Source: Thermoplasmatota archaeon
GTDB taxonomy: Archaea > Thermoplasmatota > Penumbrarchaeia > Penumbrarchaeales > Penumbrarchaeaceae
Length of the DNA stretch: 64,000 nucleotides
Assembly (NCBI GenBank): GCA_029762535.1
Contig: JARVGK010000005.1
Span: 51,631 to 115,630, forward strand
Direction of reading: 5' to 3'
A program made the position numbers and the translations under genes. The notes under the pieces were generated by a model. That model worked only from the letters and a program-made list of their open reading frames with translations, was not told the origin of the DNA and ran no database searches. Below are positions 60,527 through 64,000 of this stretch, in pieces. The stretch's first letter is position 1, and every line of letters begins with the position of its first letter.

Positions 60527-61318
60527 ATGAAGATAGCATCCGGTTTAAAATGTCACAACTGCGGCGCACCTCTATCACTGAAGGCCGGAGAGGTGATAAT
60601 CACATGCGATTACTGTGGTACTGATTTCAATGTAGCATCAGACAAGAAGTTCTTTCTCGAACATTCTATAATACCTTCACGACTAGATGATATGGCAGTT
60701 AATGAGGTTGTCAAGAGTTGGATGTCAACAGGGGCCCTGAAACCCTCGAACTTTTACAAGGCTTCGAGGATAGAGGATCAGTCGCTTGTATTCCTTCCTT
60801 TCTATGTGGTTCATCTGAACGTTACAACGACATATTCTGGCATGTTCACAAGAACGGGCGGAAGAGACCCAAGAAATGGAGTACTCCACAAGGAATACTA
60901 CTGGAAGGTCCTAGGGAGGAGGGGTTCGAAATTCCCAACCAGGGAATATGAGATACCCCTCTCAGGAAAGGAGGATTTCAACCTGTCCAGGATCCCTCCG
61001 AACTCCAAATATCTAAACGCCGAATTCGATGAAAAGGATGCCGAGGACATCGCAAGAGGCGAGGCAGCCGATAATCAGAAGTTCATGCTGTCGTCTCAGA
61101 TAAACGAGTTCGATAGTATAGTGAATTCGTTCGAGGTAGAGGATATAGAATTCGTGCACGCACCCATATGGAAGGTAGATTACAACTACAACAATGCGAT
61201 GTACCAGATGCTTATCTGCGGATCTACAGGAGAGGTGATAAGAGGAGACATACCCCCTCCTGACCATTCCGTAGGTGGGTTCTTTTCCGATCTTAGAAAG
61301 GCTCTTATCGGACGTTAG
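60527..61318 (+). CDS. Zn-ribbon protein (YdjG-like)
   Basis: CHNCGAPL...CDYCG, FLPFY, HAPIW..Y, GSTGEV.G. Confidence 0.75.
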   Translation: MKIASGLKCHNCGAPLSLKAGEVIITCDYCGTDFNVASDKKFFLEHSIIPSRLDDMAVNEVVKSWMSTGALKPSNFYKASRIEDQSLVFLPFYVVHLNVTTTYSGMFTRTGGRDPRNGVLHKEYYWKVLGRRGSKFPTREYEIPLSGKEDFNLSRIPPNSKYLNAEFDEKDAEDIARGEAADNQKFMLSSQINEFDSIVNSFEVEDIEFVHAPIWKVDYNYNNAMYQMLICGSTGEVIRGDIPPPDHSVGGFFSDLRKALIGR

Positions 61319-61322
61319 GATG

Positions 61323-62510
61323 TCACTCGATCTTTGCGCCGCATTCATGGCAGAATTTGGACCCCGCCTTAACCCCCTTACCGCAGCCGGGACATATCCT
61401 GGCTATCCTTTCACCACAAGAAGGACAGAACTTATCGTTCCTTTTGACGTCCTTTCCGCACTTGGGACAGGTAATATCATCAGAAAGCCTGGATCCGCAA
61501 TTGCTGCAGAACTTTTGATCCGATGTATTGAGATGTCCGCAATTGGGGCATTTCACTTTATCCTCAGGAGGGTGGGCCGTCGAGGGGGTTTGCGAGTCCC
61601 ATGGGTTGGGCTGCTGCGGCTGCATGCCTGATTGCACAGCTCCCGCCATGCCTGCTCCCATGCCAAGGCCTGCTCCAAGGCCAACGCCCATGCCCGCAAG
61701 ATTGCCACTTCCCGAAGTGTTCTCGGCGGCCTTGACCATCGCCTGACCAGCCTGGTATTGCATATAGTTGACACCCAGCGCCTGTAATCTTCCCCGCTCA
61801 TCGATGGCCTTCTGGATCTCATCTGGAAGGTTGATGTTCAATCCGGATATCTTCGTCATCTCCACTCCGTATCTTACGAAATCGTCCAAAAGCCGGGCGA
61901 GGAGTATCTGTTCCATCTCCTCGAGGTATGCCGGCATATCAATAACGGCCATCTGCTTGTCCCTTTTGAGTTCACCCATCACATCATTGATGGACATGAC
62001 GATCTGGTCCCTCATCCAATCGACTATGGAATCGGATGTGGTCCTGCCTTCCGTTCCTATGAACTGTGTAAGGAAGAGAATGGGTTCCGTTACCCTGTAT
62101 GCGAACTGACCGAATACCCTTATACGGACGATTCCGAAATCCGTGTCCCTGAACGCGATCGGTTCCTTGGTGCCGAACTTTCCCCTCATCTCCGATCTGC
62201 GGATGTAGTAAATTTCACCGAGCTGTTTTACCCCAGTTAGCTCCTGGACCTTGTCGGCCAGGCCAAACATGGCTATGTTCTGGGTGGTGAGGGCGTATCT
62301 TCCTGGCCTATTGAAAACACTAAGAGCCTTGCCGTCTCGCATGAATACGGCGAATTCGTCCTCCCTTACGATTATGTTGTCGTTCCAGACGATGTTCTTG
62401 GGTATCTTGTACATTATCTGATCGTCCGATTTCTTGTCCCACGAGTGGGTCCATCCCCCTACAACACTGGGATTCTTTCCTTTTAATTTGTCGGTGATTC
62501 CCATACACAT
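61323..62510 (-). CDS. SPFH-like (YdjI/virion-core-like) protein with C-terminal double zinc ribbons
   Basis: IVREDEFAVF..DGK...PGRY.L.T.N, KFGT..PI, GAGLGMG linker, repeated CPxCG...KFCxxCG. Confidence 0.88.
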   Translation of the reverse strand: MCMGITDKLKGKNPSVVGGWTHSWDKKSDDQIMYKIPKNIVWNDNIIVREDEFAVFMRDGKALSVFNRPGRYALTTQNIAMFGLADKVQELTGVKQLGEIYYIRRSEMRGKFGTKEPIAFRDTDFGIVRIRVFGQFAYRVTEPILFLTQFIGTEGRTTSDSIVDWMRDQIVMSINDVMGELKRDKQMAVIDMPAYLEEMEQILLARLLDDFVRYGVEMTKISGLNINLPDEIQKAIDERGRLQALGVNYMQYQAGQAMVKAAENTSGSGNLAGMGVGLGAGLGMGAGMAGAVQSGMQPQQPNPWDSQTPSTAHPPEDKVKCPNCGHLNTSDQKFCSNCGSRLSDDITCPKCGKDVKRNDKFCPSCGERIARICPGCGKGVKAGSKFCHECGAKIE

Positions 62511-62519
62511 TCCTCCCGA

Positions 62520-63053
62520 TCATTTCTGGGCAATCCTTGTCACGACCTCTATCCTTGAAGAAAAAGTTCGGTCCAGACTGTTTATATGTTCTGATAACTT
62601 TCTTATGGCTGATCTTATATCCATGCCATCTCCCACGATGTCATCGGACATCTTCTTCGAGAGGTCAGCTATTAACTGTGCGTTCTCCATGAGGGATAGA
62701 TCGAAATCGTATAGTTTGTTTAGCTCTTCCTCTTCGATCCTAACATCCCCGGATATCCATGGAGAATATCCCTGCTCGGCATGGATGATCTTTTCGGTCA
62801 ATGAATGCTCCTTGTTGATCAGTTCCCCGATGACATTTAGGTTCTCCATGTCCATCTTCCTGGCCAGATCCTCCCTGACTTCGAAGAGATGTTGTTCAGC
62901 GGCTCTCAACCTTTGTCCAATTTGTAACCTTATGAGGTTGTCAGCAGCGCGTAGGTCCTCGCATTTGCGGTATTTTTTATAACCTGGAAGAAACGCTTGG
63001 ATCTTCTTTAACCAACCTCTGTCCTGCGTCACTATCTCTCTGATGTCAGCCAT
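62520..63053 (-). CDS. Conserved all-helical hypothetical protein co-transcribed with the SPFH gene
   Basis: LPGYKKY...EDLRAADNLIR...AEQGYS...LYDFD; 9 nt upstream of the SPFH start. Confidence 0.8.
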   Translation of the reverse strand: MADIREIVTQDRGWLKKIQAFLPGYKKYRKCEDLRAADNLIRLQIGQRLRAAEQHLFEVREDLARKMDMENLNVIGELINKEHSLTEKIIHAEQGYSPWISGDVRIEEEELNKLYDFDLSLMENAQLIADLSKKMSDDIVGDGMDIRSAIRKLSEHINSLDRTFSSRIEVVTRIAQK

Positions 63054-63173
63054 GTTAACGCCCCGCTATATACTCGTTCCTATGATAGAGTTATTGCTTA
63101 CAACCTTTTAATAATCATCGTATGTATGGTAGATCGTACAATTAAAAGTTATGTTCAATAAGTGGTTTCTGGA

Positions 63174-63773
63174 TCAGATAATGAAACTCATTAATAAATG
63201 GTAATGTCCCGCCACCAAGGTTCGGTAATGAACGAAACCGTACTGAAGCATAATTTTCATTATCTGGCCTTTAGAAAGCCTAACCGATTCAGGAGGCCCC
63301 TTGCCCTCGATCCCTTTCTTGAACTCCAATATCGATAGCCTGGCTCCTTTCTTCATGACCCTTCTCAATTCCTGTATTATCGGTTTTAGCTCATCGTTGT
63401 ATACAAGACCATGAAATACGTTGAACATCAATACGATATCCACGGACCCATTGCTGAGGGGTATTCCCTTCGTGAAATCCGTCACTATCGGGGAGAGATT
63501 ATCGATATTCTCCCCCTTAATTCTAATTTGAAGCTCTTCTATCGAGTTCTTATGGCTATCTATGGTTATGACCTTGCCGTATCTGGTGACAATACGAGAT
63601 GCTATGATGGAATAATCGCCTGAGGAGCATCCGAGATCGAGAACGGTGTCACCTTCGACTAGATCGACCAGCTTGATCACATGTTCCGGATCGACCATAT
63701 TTGAACTGATGTATCCCGTATGTTCATGTCTTTTTTTTATTCTCCATGTTTCCACATTCATTCTCCTCATCAT
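63174..63773 (-). CDS. Class I SAM-dependent methyltransferase
   Basis: VLDLGCSSG, SVDIVL, ELRRVMKKGA, GPP...R. Confidence 0.88.
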   Translation of the reverse strand: MMRRMNVETWRIKKRHEHTGYISSNMVDPEHVIKLVDLVEGDTVLDLGCSSGDYSIIASRIVTRYGKVITIDSHKNSIEELQIRIKGENIDNLSPIVTDFTKGIPLSNGSVDIVLMFNVFHGLVYNDELKPIIQELRRVMKKGARLSILEFKKGIEGKGPPESVRLSKGQIMKIMLQYGFVHYRTLVAGHYHLLMSFII

Positions 63774-63863
63774 ATAAATGACCCCTTAATGAATGATGCA
63801 CGCCCTTTTGAACAACGGATAAACTATTTATCCCGTACCATCATCCACCCTCGTGATCTCAAT

Positions 63864-63939
<76 letters not shown>

Positions 63940-64000
63940 CGTAACATTTATTCCTTACTAAGAAGAGTGAGCCCGCACGTTTCAAGCATATTCTCATTGT

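Overview
Archaeal chromosomal segment, most consistent with an uncultured Thermoplasmatota: cdc6/orc1, gatDE, rpoL, rps8e, srp19, Sec61beta, the HMGCS-thiolase-DUF35 cluster and three intron-less tRNAs (Cys-GCA, Ala-GGC, Val-CAC). Most of the window is housekeeping, metabolic and membrane-protease genes. Main oddities: (1) Downstream of tRNA-Ala lie two mutually inverted ~115-bp multi-hairpin elements whose terminal inverted repeats are copies of the tRNA-Ala 3' end. An intact IS481-family element with a 15-bp target duplication has inserted at one of these tRNA-mimic ends. (2) Two bacterial-type anticodon-loop modification genes sit in core archaeal neighbourhoods: a divergent MiaA after cdc6 and a QueH after gatDE. 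(3) The GCA-anticodon tRNA has A73 instead of the usual Cys identity base U73, and lies next to an AbrB-like gene and a serine recombinase. (4) A candidate ~90-nt hairpin sRNA with its own TATA box. (5) Unusual domain architectures: coiled-coil plus dead KaiC/RAD55 domain, wHTH-Nudix in reverse NrtR order, HtpX with an EF-hand, FeoB with a His/Met-rich insert under a DtxR/MntR-type box. All calls come from reading motifs by eye; no database searches were run.
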